A DNA stretch of 32,921 nt from Phoronis australis (lineage: Eukaryota > Animalia > Phoronida), in contig NMRA01000806.1 in assembly GCA_002633005.1 (NCBI GenBank), forward strand, positions 1 to 32,921, read 5' to 3'. Of the stretch, positions 21,701 to 32,921 are shown piece by piece. Numbering within the stretch: position 1 is the first letter of the stretch; each line of letters begins with the position of its first letter. The notes below the pieces were generated by a model. The model worked only from the letters and a program-made list of their open reading frames with translations, ran no database searches and was not told where the DNA came from. A program made the position numbers and the translations under genes.

Positions 21701-22362
21701 GTTGATGTTATTCGATTCTCTAGATCTAAACACACTGGGAGGCGACAATAGTATTTTTAAGCGTTTTGGAAAGTTTGTAAATCAATTTTGTGTACCCGGC
21801 CCCGGGAGGGCCATTACCAGCAATATTGAAACCGTGAATTGCGCATGCGCGAAAATCACTCAGTTAGCCCCCTTCACAATACATGGGATTCGCAGAAAAC
21901 ACAGCGTGAGGGTCTTATTTATGAATCAATCACATTTGCCGATAGCACATAACATAGATAAGTATTTTGTTAAAAACGTGGCCAAGTTTCAGCAAAATTG
22001 GAAAAAATTTTATGTTTAACATGGTATGGCCAAAGTTTTGGCTTATTTTGTCGCTTCGATCAGTGGAATCGCCGCTAAAAACCCGAAACTGCATGTGAGA
22101 AAACGATAATTTTCGACCAAGCCTTTCATGTGCGGTTAGTTGCCGATAGACCCAACAGATTTCCATATAATCAAGATTGAAATGTAGAATTTTGAAGAAA
22201 ATTAGACAAAATTTTGTATTTAACATGGGGTCGCCGAAAATTGCCAATTTTGGCCTTTTGATATCAGTTTATCGTCATAGACTATCATTAGTGGGTCTAG
22301 TTAATTCGAAGTTTTTGGTTAAATCACTGATAATATTCACACCAGTATACTAATAAACGTTN

Positions 22363-22925
22363 AAGTTTAATCGGATCAATCTGAATATTAATTGATATAA
22401 AAATACCAGAATAATGGTGTGATTGTGACACCGTGACTCATCATGGCTCGCGAGCGAACGTCTGTCAGGAAAAGCATTTTACGTTACCGACCAGGCGCGG
22501 GCCGACGGATGATTCCGGGCAAGTGAGCCTAGGCCTACTAGACCGGTTTGCGGCGTCAGTACCTCGAACTCTGTCGCGCCACGCGTCGACTCAGGCCGCC
22601 CGTGCTCAGACGTGCTGGTAATTCGCCTCAGACTGTTGACAGGGACGGATCCAGGATTTTGAGGTAAGGGGGGCCAGGGGAGGGTATTAGCCAGGATTTT
22701 GCCCGTCAGATATTCGCACCGGCCAACTGCCCGGCAAATGGAATATGGCAGGGAGAATTTTAGCCGGGGGGCTATGGCGGCCCCCTTGGCCCCCCTCTAC
22801 TGAAATCCGCCACTATAGTTGATGTTATCCGATTCTCTAGATCTAAACACACTGGTAGGCGACAATAGTATTTTTAAGCGTTTTGGAAAGTTTGTAAATC
22901 AATTTTGTGTACCCCCGGGAGGGCC
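22363..22925 (+). repeat. Near-identical duplicate of 21188-21812, including MITE copy 3 (22640-22815); probable allelic haplotype/assembly duplication
   Basis: Starts immediately after the single N at 22362. The ORF track gives identical 62-aa translations at 21258 and 22433. Confidence 0.85.
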
Positions 22926-23579
22926 CCGGCGGGCGGGTCGGTGACGGAAACTGAACACACTGCCAGGCATCACACGCGGAGGCCGACGTTAAACAGCAGG
23001 TTTTTGAAAATTGGACAAGAAATGTCACTTTTACAGCCTAAAACGTTTGTTTCATGTTGTCATAAAATGTAATTCTGCTGGGTGTGCAGCAGGCTGCAAT
23101 GAGTTGGATTCATAGTAGCCGCTTTCAGTTCCCGAGTCACGGTTGGCGGCCGCGCGCCGTGCTTCAGTGGCCTGTCAGCGAGCCTCGTCATTTCACCGAA
23201 GGAGTACTACTGTAGGCTGATCGTCACTTCTTGACATCACGGTATAAAACGGGTTTACATGGGCGGGGCAGCACAGAAAAGAGTGGGGGCTAAAGTCCCC
23301 TCAGCCACCCCGTGGTGCACTGCCTAATCGGCGTCGCGGTTGGCTGTAGTGTGGGGCTCCCTCTGGTGCGCCGCCTGTTTTTATCCCGGAGGCTTTAAAA
23401 TTTAATAAACAACCTTTGGGTTGCATTTTCATCAAACAGACTTCAGTAAGATTGAACCCCTTTTAGAAGTATCAGTGACAGCCACAAGCTCACCCATGTG
23501 AGCGGATGTCACTCCTGAGTGGCGCGGCCGTCCCCGGCGCTGGCCACTGAGGATAGCCGCTTCCCGGAGCCTTTTCAGT

Positions 23580-23697
23580 AATTGGGCTTTTTCTCAATAG
23601 ATGGCGAGCAACTCAATTCAATATCCGCTTCCGCTTAATTGTCCAATCAAATCGCGTGTTCCATTTCAAATGCGGGAATACAAAAGAAGGCACGGAA
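23580..23697 (+). promoter_or_regulatory. TATA-less cell-cycle-type promoter/5'UTR of TTK
   Basis: ATTGG at 23581-23585 and CCAAT at 23643-23647 (NF-Y-like). TTCAAA at 23665-23670 (reverse CHR, TTTGAA) lies next to GCGGGAA at 23672-23678 (E2F/CDE-like). CpG-rich upstream region ~22900-23570. Confidence 0.6.
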
Positions 23698-23705
23698 ATG
23701 TCCAT
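23698..23705 (+). CDS. TTK: TTK/Mps1 putative coding exon 1 (ATG TCC AT)
   Basis: Consensus donor GTAAGT at 23706. Phase 2 joins in frame to the exon at 29553 (MSI-LKMSS...). It could instead be partly 5'UTR, with initiation at ATG 29560. Confidence 0.55.
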
Positions 23706-23875
23706 GTAAGTATCAGACGTTTGTTATTCCAAACTTTCTGTGATAGGTGTATCATACGTAACCTGCCTCAAAATTAAATTGCGTCAGCGTGGTAATGAAA
23801 ATGATTCTTCCAAATCTAAGCAATAGCCGACGATCACTACTACGAACCACAAGGTTACAGTCAAACAACCCACAG

Positions 23876-24220
23876 CCACAGGCGTCCTCAGCTTCTGATC
23901 GTCCCCAATACACTACATATAATACTACAAGGTAGGACACTTCCGACCAGAAATTCCACGGGTGCTTCACTTCACCCGTCCATAGCAAACATAAAACTCA
24001 ATAAATTTACACAAAACAGGGGTTCAACAAACCATGAAGAATTGTTCTTTCTCCCAATACCATTCACGGTGTCCTGTTCCGGCGACTTCGTAAGAAATTC
24101 GCAGTCAAAGAACAAAAATGTTCACAAAAAACCCCCGCGCACGTCCATCGGTTGCCGCTCGAGGTCAAGGACGGTACGGAAATTGCCGGTGAGTTACGGA
24201 AGTACCGACATCGGTCGCGT
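23876..24220 (+). repeat. Half-copy of a foldback element family in TTK intron 1
   Basis: Reverse-complement similarity to 25590-25934 (GCGTCCTCAGCTTCTGAT, CTCAATAAATTT.CACAAAACAGGG.TTCAACAAACCATG) and direct similarity to 25372-25446 and 25495-25540. Confidence 0.75.
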
Positions 24221-24612
24221 AAAGTCACATAATAATTGGACGTTTTGGCACATTTTGCATAATATAAAATGGAAATGCTACGCGTTGTTGTAAATCCTTT
24301 ACCAAATTGAAATAAAGACTTACCTTTAAGGAATAGTTCTGTCACTATATCTTGTCACCGAAAGCCACATTTATGTTCTGAATGGTCATTAAAAAGCACA
24401 ACTAGCAAACCTTCAGAGAACCTAAATATTGGACACCGTGTTTCTGCATAAGCCACACTGCGGAAAACTAACTAACCAAGGGCAAGGAAAGGCCGTGCCC
24501 ACCTTGTCGCCAAATTGCAGCTCGAGTGTTTTGATATAGTTGCTGCTAGAACACAGCACCTTTTGCAACAAAATTATCCATAAAATATCATCTGGTGACA
24601 GCACCAAGTTGT

Positions 24613-25322
24613 TTTGATTGATCAGTGCAGACGATTAATGCATGTGCGACCTCACTGCAGTTTTTAGTATCTCTTTGCCTTCTTGATATGACACATGCAT
24701 GTGCACAGCCGGGGTTTGACTTAAGTTTAAAAGCAAATGAAAAAATGAAACAGTGACATATTGTTAGTTCATTTCAAGGTGACTTCATTGTGGAAAAAGA
24801 TTTTGTTTTCAATTTTTATAGCCGATTTAAGCAATTGTCCATTTTAGGCCAGTTTGAGGGTCTAAATTGCACCCTCTCTCGGTGAAATCAAAATGAGGCA
24901 ACGCTATAAATAACGATACAGTGCCAGACAAACAGTGGAACAAAAATTGGTATCATTTATTTCTCAGATTATGCTTCAAGTAAAATTTTACGTAATGTCC
25001 GATATTTAGGGTCCGTCTCATAATTAGGTACGCTATATGTGTAAAGACAGCGCTGCATTGTTTCGATGAATCAGTGCAGATGACTAAAGCACGTGCAATC
25101 TTACTACAGTTTGTAGTATCTCCTTGCCTTCTTGATATGACACACCTTCGTGCGCACCTAGCTATCTCGGTGAAATAAAAATGGGGCAAAGCTATAAAAA
25201 ACGAGATGGTGCTGGACATTGAATGAATTGCGGCGGATCGGAAATTGATGTCATATATTTCTCAGATTTTATAAAAACGTCCGATATTTAGGTCCATCTG
25301 ATACTTAGGTACACTATGTGTG
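24613..25322 (+). repeat. Two degenerate tandem units of ~270-280 bp; the first is interrupted by a ~165-bp insert (~24710-24874)
   Basis: Shared blocks ATCAGTGCAGA, TAGTATCTC.TTGCCTTCTTGATATGACACA, TCTCGGTGAAAT, ATTTCTCAGATT, GTCCGATATTTAGG and TTAGGTAC.CTAT each occur twice, in order. Confidence 0.8.
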
Positions 25323-25371
25323 GTCAGTAAACCAACCCTGGTTACACAGCTACACTAGTGCTGGTCAGTGG

Positions 25372-25934
25372 TTGTCCCCAATACACTGTATATATAATAC
25401 TATTGATCTGATACTCTGGGCTAGGAATTCCACAGGTGCTTCACTTCCCAAAAGGCCAGTGCGTCGCAACCGCTGAGTGAGTCACGTGAGTCGGTTCAAG
25501 GTCAAGTACGGTACTAAATTACCCGATGAATTATGGATGGATAACAACAGTTGCCAGTTCATCACAGAAGGTTATGAAATGGTCTGGTAATTGCTGCTAT
25601 TCATCCGTAACTCATCTGGTAATTTTGTACAGTACTTGAACTTGAACCGACTCGTGTGACTAACTCAGGAGTTGCGATGCATCGGCCTTTTGGGAAGAGT
25701 CTTGTGTTGTGATTGCTAATTTGTTGCGAACTCGCTGGAGCAGGACGTTGTAAATGTTATCAGAAAAAAGAATAATTGCTCATGGTTTGTTGAATCCCTG
25801 TTTTGTGCAAATTTATTGAGATTTGTGTTTGATATGGACAGCTGAAGTGAAATACCCATGGAATTCTAAGTCCCAAGTTTCAGACCTTTTAATAGTGTAT
25901 TGGTAACCATCAGAAGCTGAGGACGCATGTGGTT
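25372..25934. mobile_element. Foldback/palindromic non-autonomous element (central hairpin 25444-25697; left arm internally deleted)
   Basis: CTTCCCAAAAGGCC...GAGTCGGTTCAAG.TCAAGTAC is mirrored by GTACTTGAACTTGAACCGACTC...GGCCTTTTGGGAAG. The outer segments 25372-25446 and 25845-25910 are also inverted. Confidence 0.75.
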
Positions 25935-28900
25935 AGAAGTACGTCCGTTGAAAGTGTAGAAATCATCTAGTGTCATAGTTATCACACTCAAATTGCACAT
26001 CTAATATTAACCTGCACATGTTGAAATTGCAATTGCGTGAACACATTTATGTGCAGAAATAATACAAAGAATATAACTGCACGTAAATAAAGTCCTCCGA
26101 AAGAATTTATTCGACTTTTTACTATTCGCTTGTCACTCCGTGGCGCTATTTGCATTTTTGTGAACCCGTGAACTAAAGCATTCACTTGGCTAGTTGGCTG
26201 GCATTTTGGCTCTACTATGACGTCATTAGGTCAAAATCTGAAAGAGCAAGCTCATAGCAGACACTTTCATTCATTGTTGTTTAGAGTAAGGTAAAGAGAG
26301 CAAAATATTACTGGGTAAGACCGTTTATGGTTCCCTCAATATTCTAAGGGATCTTTATTTGGTTTTGATAACCTTTAAATATCCATAAAGCACTAGCAGT
26401 GATTTAGGGACTTAAATAGCTTCAGTTTGGCTCAGGCATCAGTTTGGGCTGTAACAGCCTTTCAGCTCCATTTGAGCTGTGTATTGGCTAGGCTCCTACA
26501 ATTTCTAGAAAAGCTTACTCAACCCAATGTTATAAATCAACCATTTTCCTAGACATCCTTGGTGGCTAATTGGTGCAAAACTGTTTGTTTGCATTGATCT
26601 GGGTAAAAAATGACAAATTACAAAGTTGGTGTAGTATTCATTGTTTGCAGTCACTTTGTATTCAAGGGACCAGCACCATGAACAACTGCCTGTAAACTAC
26701 TCAGAATACTGTCACTGAACAGCTTGTAGAAAAGATCTGGTGCTCAACAGTACAGTAGTAGGTAAGACAGAGACAGAATTATACAGCAACTATGCATATA
26801 TCTAATCACAATTCATATCAATGTTGTGAACTTCCATTTATGTATGCATTTACGTCTAGAGTGTATTCAGGCTCGTCTATTTTATGTAGTTGTAATCTGC
26901 TCTTTCACAACTTCATGTTTCAATGATGATGACTTAAGACAGTGTGTCCACTGCATGTAAAACCTACCATGCTTCTTTTTGGCCTCGCCACTCAAAATTT
27001 TGCCCAAACTGACCTACACACATCTTAATTAATCCTGACGGGGAAAAGTTCACCACTTTGGAAAAATTGCTAGTGAAAATGAATATGCAATATATATTCA
27101 AGTTAAATGGTTACTGTCGATGTTCATGGATTGAACGGGAAAAGCAATGATTTAAAATCAAATTTTGAACTGTTCCCCTAGTTAAGGTTTATTTATCTCA
27201 AACCTTATTTAGTAGCCTCCATTGTAACTCATACATCAAAAAACAGGCTTTTTCAAGAAAAAAGATCACTGTTTTATATTTATGTGCTATTATTATTATT
27301 ACATTACCATCATTTTTAAGTAAGGTACATTCATACCAAAATAACCCTTCGATCGATTTTAATGAAACCTTTTTTAAATGAAAACTTCACCAGTTACCTC
27401 AAAACCCTGTTAGCAATTTTCGATTAGTCTTCGTTTGGTTGCTATTATAAATCAACTCGCATGTCGTAAGGTATTTTTGTAAAAATAGTAGTCATATTCG
27501 TTTTTGTTACATTCCACAAAAGTTAGGCCTTTATATTGACAATGCTAAAACAACGGTTTTGAGATTGATGAATAATTATTAAGTTTGGAAAGTTTCAGTG
27601 AAATCCACCGAGCCATTTTCAAGAACTCATACTCCTAATTTCAAATTAAGTTGATTTGCCAAGGCTGGGAAAGGTCCATTATGTTGTGAGATGTGAAAGT
27701 CTCAGTCTTCAGTTCATTATTCGGTGAAAACTTGCTTTCAGTTGATATAACGTATGTATACCTTACTCATGTTCACTATTTCAATTTTCATTCACAATGT
27801 CAACTGAATTAACTTAGTTATCACTAGAATGTTTTAATTAAGTGACCGTCTCCAGTTCGACAGGCTGGGTCAACTGTTGACCTACTTAAAAGTAGTTCAA
27901 CAGGTCATTGTTATACACACCACACGCCGGGAGACCAATTGATATCAAGTACGAATGGTCAACAGAAATCGAGTTGGTGGTTAAAGTGCATCATGAGCAT
28001 AAGATCAAAACAGCGAAATGTCAAATTACAGGTCTACAAATTAATGAATTTGAGTGTGGATCTATCTTTTCACAATTTCCTGTGTTCATGAACGCGAAGT
28101 TACAGAGGCATGCGGTGACTTGGAGCATTCGTTCTCACTGGTCGTATGCATGCAGATGCACAACTCCTTCCAGATCAAAACTACGTTTGTTTTGTCTTCA
28201 TTTTCCCTGGCATATTTCCATCATATGTACACCTCGTTGACTTATGTTATGGTGACTTGGTGAATGAAAGCACTGAAGGTACATACGGAACTGCTCTATG
28301 CATGACGAGTGATTCAATTTGAGTGACAGCCCTGTAACTTTTGACCTCGGATAAGTAGTAAACAAATTTCCATGCAGTTCCAAGGTGGTTATGCTAAATC
28401 TTTTTTTCGCTATTCGGTATGTATTTCATAGTTGAGGTTTCTCGAGAATGAAAATAAAGTAGTTTGCTTATGTGAAGTATTGCAAAAAGGCCAATTTTTG
28501 TGAATAAGATTTGAGATTTCCTTAAGCATAATCAATTTATCCCCTTCCTTCATCGTGTTTGCTTAGTGACCTGACCGGTATTTGGTATTGCATGGTTATC
28601 CGTACTGCATTGAATACAGTTGGAGACCAGGCAATGACTGTGACTTTAGTTTTCTAAAATGGCAAAGGGCCAGTTAACACTGATGAAATGGGTGGAGAAA
28701 AGGTAAATTTTATTTTTTTCTGTTGTTCACATACAGAATAGGTCTTACAATGTTCAGCAAATTAAATTGCACAAAATAGTCAAGAGTTTAATGAACCATA
28801 AACCAGTCTAGTTATCTCAGTAGTCGTCTGCATGGAATGGATGAATAAATCATTTGATATGCTGGCTAGTGCCGGTCTAACTGTTTTATGTTGAGCAAGA

Positions 28901-29552
28901 ACATAATAAACAATGATCGGGAGTTTTATTGTTTGAGTGAGTTAATCAGGTCTAAACAGTCAGGTACAAGTATTTTTTTTCTATGCCTAGAGCCGAAGGA
29001 CTCAATAGTCTGCTTCCTAATGCAACTTTAATTGCTGGTTGAAATATGTTAGATTGATCACAAAATTCTTCATAAAACATGAAGATCACACAATGACACT
29101 TCATTGCATCACCGGGCTTCGCATCTGCTGCACCCATTCACCACAACGCTCCTTTCGAAGCCCAGGCAATGGGGATCCCTCTTCTCAAATTTGTGTGTGC
29201 CATTGGACTTTGCATCCCACTGGGACCATTCACCACCAGGCTTCTTTCGAAACTCAGAGCTGATTTATTAGAAATGAATCTTTGGAAAGTAAAGCCCTTG
29301 CCTAACCGTGCATTGAATTGTTAGGTTTTAGTGTATTGATAATAGCTGTTAATTTCTGCTCCCACAAACCTGGACCCTCTGGGTGTGAGATGGATGTTAA
29401 GACTCAGTCTTGAGTTATTTCAACTTGGCATTTTGACTATTTGTGTTGACATTCATTAATCAAGTTTCCTTGAGTAAAAGTCCAAATAGGGTGGCCTTGA
29501 GAGGGTAGCATTGCGATATAAGATCTTGGTACGATTTTTCCTCCTGATACAG

Positions 29553-29653
29553 CTTGAAGATGTCAAGTTTGAGTGTGCTCCGATCTCGACTGCAGAAAGC
29601 GAAGGAAGAGAGACAACAACTTCAAACTGAACAAACTACCGACACACTGACTG
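29553..29653 (+). CDS. TTK: TTK/Mps1 coding exon 2 (N-terminal extension)
   Basis: Acceptor TTTTTCCTCCTGATACAG and donor GTAATG. LKMSSLSVLRSRLQKAKEERQQLQTEQTTDTLT. The phase-1 end joins the exon at 30235 in frame. Confidence 0.75.
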
Positions 29654-30234
29654 GTAATGTCTGTTTGGTGTTTTGAAATTGTTAAAGGAAATGTGGTTGA
29701 CAAGATGAAGCACCTGAAGTAATTTAAAAGTAGTGCCCTAGGCTTAGCCAAGTTCTTTAACGTGCGTGATATTTAGCCGTTACACATGAGCGTTATTGTT
29801 ACTTGGTAAAGATAGTGCCATAGATAATTTACAAGCCCGTTTTATTGAGTTTTGTTTCCAATGAAGGCAATTTTTGTAATTTTTAATTTAGTTCAGAAAA
29901 AAGTTGACGTATGCATGATAAGTAACTTTCATATGAGATATTAAACCGCAAAATGAATATTAACTTGGTCTGAAATGAAATATGCCCTATTTGTTATAAT
30001 AATTTTGTTGGTTGTATGATTCTTGATTTATTGATGACAAGAAAGCTCACACCATGGCAATATTGTCAAGCCTTTTTATGAGCCGTCCAAGGCAGCCAGT
30101 CATCACTGTGTTTACAATTGTTAGCTCGTCAATGCACATGTTGTCCCAGGTCACATTGTACAAAGGTACAACATTGTCTTTACATTTGGGTAGTCATTTG
30201 CTTTTCATAATAGTACACGCTTCATTTACATCAG

Positions 30235-30472
30235 TGGCTGCGCCAGACCTGACAGGTTGGCAGTCACGAATCCAGGAGCAGGGCAACAAGCCACGCGATT
30301 GGTTGGAAGTGATAAGATACGTGAGCAAGAGTCCAACATTCTCTAGTGAAGAGAACCGCCACTGGCACCTGTCATGTCTGTATGACCGTGGTCTGAAGTT
30401 GATGGACGCTGACACATGGAAATATGATGAGCCCTATGCTCAGTTTCTAATCAGCTACGCTCAGTTTAAAAG
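30235..30472 (+). CDS. TTK: TTK/Mps1 coding exon 3 (TPR domain, first part)
   Basis: GNKPRDWLEVIRYV...LYDRGLKLMDADTWKYDEPYAQFLISYAQFK aligns by eye to human TTK as recalled (ANNPEDWLSLLLKL...[31 protein letters not shown]). AG/GT boundaries; phase 1 to phase 2. Confidence 0.9.
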
Positions 30473-30797
30473 GTAACTATTCACAATTGTCAATCTGAAT
30501 TTTATTTTCTTCAAGCAGTAAAGGTGATTAAAAGTATTATTTGAAGCACGCTTTAATTTTTATTTGTGAAAAAACATGTTCTTTTAACAATGAAGTAATC
30601 TTTTTCTGTGCTTTAACATTTATGATTTATCTATCTGGCTCTCTGAAGAAGCACCCCAACCCTCATGCGACCAATTTATAATTATTAAGTAAACATTTTC
30701 ATTTCATTACCGAATTTTTCAGTGCTCGAATTGAGAATTCAAACTTAGCAGGAATTACAAATTAAGTATATCATATTCTACAGCCTCTGTTTATAAT

Positions 30798-31002
30798 ATA
30801 ATAATTGCAGGCGGTCTGATACACGTTGCACCAGACGTGCGCAGGCCTCGCATGTGGGCCCATTGCACTGATCACCTGGAAATATTTTTATGGTTTATTA
30901 ATATATGATTAAAACCGAGCTGAGGAGCTAGAAACCTGGCTCAAGGGTTTAGCAGTGTGACCTCGAGTAAAGAAAGCGGGCACTTATCAACCAGGCCACA
31001 CT
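30798..31002 (-). mobile_element. Decayed tRNA-derived SINE with a ~15-bp TSD in TTK intron 3
   Basis: The minus strand begins with an A-box-like GTGGCCTGGTTG, followed by a weak B-box-like GGTTTCTAGCTCC and a (TTA)-like tail. Flanked by GCCTCTGTTTATAAT (30783-30797) and GCCTCTGTTTGTAAT (31003-31017). Confidence 0.6.
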
Positions 31003-31288
31003 GCCTCTGTTTGTAATGTGGGACTTTGTAGTAAAGCCTAAGAATTTGTACCTTGGACTGGTGCCTAACGCCAACAAAAATTCCTTAATTTGCTTACAAA
31101 ATAACAGCAATCTTCAATGAGATAACTCACTGCATTGTTTTTCAAACTCAGCGCTGGTGAACCAAAGTTTTCAATACAAAATCATAAGTCACTTCAGTAA
31201 TGAGCCAAGCTGTGTTGTAGAGAATACTGTGTTTAAACAACGGTAAGTTATTGTACCATTATTTTATTCCAAATGCCATTTTCTCCAG

Positions 31289-31395
31289 CCATACCTGTAA
31301 AGACCAAGCGAGAGAGGTGTTCAACCAAGCCAGAGTCACTGCCAAGTACCATGCCATCGTTCACATCGCAGCAGCACAGTTTGAACTGACTCAAG
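31289..31395 (+). CDS. TTK: TTK/Mps1 coding exon 4 (TPR domain); the gene continues beyond the window
   Basis: HTCKDQAREVFNQARVTAKYHAIVHIAAAQFELTQ(G) versus human TTK as recalled ([36 protein letters not shown]). Acceptor TTTTCTCCAG, donor GTATGA, phase compatible with exon 3. Confidence 0.92.
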
Positions 31396-32921
31396 GTATG
31401 ACAAGTTTCTTTTGTTGTCTTATGTTGATTGGCACCTAAAGCCTGAGTGTGGTATTGTGGGAAGATATTCACAGGTGAGAATCAACATGACTGCCGGTCC
31501 GCTAAATCGGACCGACTCACCCAAAACAGGACTGACGCACCTTAAAACATGACCGCCCCACCACAAAACAGGACCACTGGGGACTGAACATGTAGTTATC
31601 AAGGGCTTTGTATGATGCTGCGGGTTATGACGTAACCAATCAGCTAGCTGTGTAAAGACTATCGTCAAAATAAAACTTGGAAGCACTGCCTTATTGAGCT
31701 CCATTACATCCCCGAAATTTCCCACAGCCCGAGTAGTTCTGCTCGTCCTCGTCGTGAAACTTACATCAACATGTAGAGCTCGTGACCGGTGCAGGCGCAT
31801 GCAAAATCTAGGAGTCAACCAACACTCACCTTTCAGGTTGCAGCCGCTTGAGTGAAAAACAATCTAATGAACTATTGTAACAAAAAGGCTGCCGCGCTCG
31901 TGACATGTGCACGCGCCATTTCCGAAAATTTTGCGACATCTTTCGGAAGATGATGACAACTTTGCAGCAGCAAGATTTGTTCTGAAATTGGGTTTGCTGG
32001 TATTAAAATACTAAAACCTTATAACGAAATGAAACCAGTTTCGATAATTTGTTGGGCCATGTAGAAGATAAGAACTGCTGATTGAAGAATCGGGGAAAAA
32101 CAGGAACCAGCCAATGTAAGCCGACCTAAAAAAACACATCTCAATTTTAGCAGCAGAATAACGACAGAACGATAATTTTTTTCGAGTGCCAATTAATTTA
32201 CTCAAGGAAGTATGCAGCTTTGCCACACAGAGGCTAGTTATGATGATGCTTCACCCGAGAACCAGAACATTTTTTTTTACTGGACTAAAACGTCAAATTG
32301 GAGAATTTAATTTTCATTTTGTTCTAAAACTTACGCAGTGGATAAAGTTATAAGTATTTAGCTCAAAAGCGTACAACGTGGCTGGTTTGTGGTTAGATTT
32401 ATTTATCGTAATCTATTTTGCCCGGGGTACGCCACTAACTATGTTGCAGAGTAAAACAAGAGGAGGATTGGGAATATTGTCATTTATTATGACGTAAATA
32501 GATAAAACTAAGGGCTGTTCCAGGCAACTGAAATAAAAATTTATGGGTGGTTGCGTTTGATTTAAATTCAAAATGGCTGGTGGTCGTACTTCAAAAAAAT
32601 AAAAATTTACAGGTCGTTGTTGTTTCATTGGGCCATAAATGTTTGATGGTGGGTAATTTTAGTAAATTTTATAAACAAACCGCACAGAATCAAAAACTGA
32701 AACAAAAATGCAACTTGCAAAAAGCTCCGACTTTTTCACTCCCTCCGATCTCCTCATCGGCATGCCCATAACACCATTTAACCACAGATGATCGAATTTC
32801 TCGATGGCTAATAACCATATATAAGAAACATATGTTTTCTTAGTAATGAATGACGTTAGTGGTGATGGAGGAACAGATAAACTCAAGCGTCTGTGCAGTC
32901 AACCACAAGAACAAAAAAAAA

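Noticed and set aside
21258-22621. Two identical 62-aa ORFs as a duplicated gene
   Set aside because: They have a non-ATG start and no recognisable domain, and they lie in the probable haplotype duplication.
30054-30476. 140-aa single-exon ORF
   Set aside because: The first ~60 codons are intron read-through. Only 30235-30472 matches TTK and has splice sites.
31396-32921. TTK exon 5 (expected to resemble GNVKKSKQLLQKA)
   Set aside because: No matching frame with splice sites was seen. The region looks intronic and repeat-derived, so the exon probably lies beyond the window.

Overview
Eukaryotic, AT-rich, repeat-dense genomic scaffold that looks like an invertebrate animal; the organism cannot be determined from the sequence. 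It has a 665-nt N gap and several single-N contig joins. Two host genes can be reconstructed by hand, both on the + strand. (1) A two-exon secreted neuropeptide precursor (9699-9764 + 13902-14384, 182 aa, phase-0 intron, TATA/Inr promoter with CRE-like sites). It carries three Cys-X6-Cys peptides of the allatostatin-C/somatostatin family, the last being KR-SFSCFFHPVNCF-KRR. This multi-copy layout is the most unusual item in the window. (2) The first four coding exons of the spindle-checkpoint kinase TTK/Mps1 (23698-31395, continuing past the window end), behind a CCAAT/CHR/E2F-type promoter. Most of the rest is transposon-derived: a decayed Gypsy pol relic with nested insertions (a THAP-bearing Kolobok-like element with TTAA TSD, and an inverted Penelope element with two variant hammerhead ribozymes), a Helentron/HINE-like element with an array of CTCF-like sites inside the neuropeptide intron, MITEs with 5-bp TSDs, palindromic/foldback elements, a tRNA-like SINE, and a probable haplotype duplication. 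All calls come from reading the sequence by eye; no searches were run.
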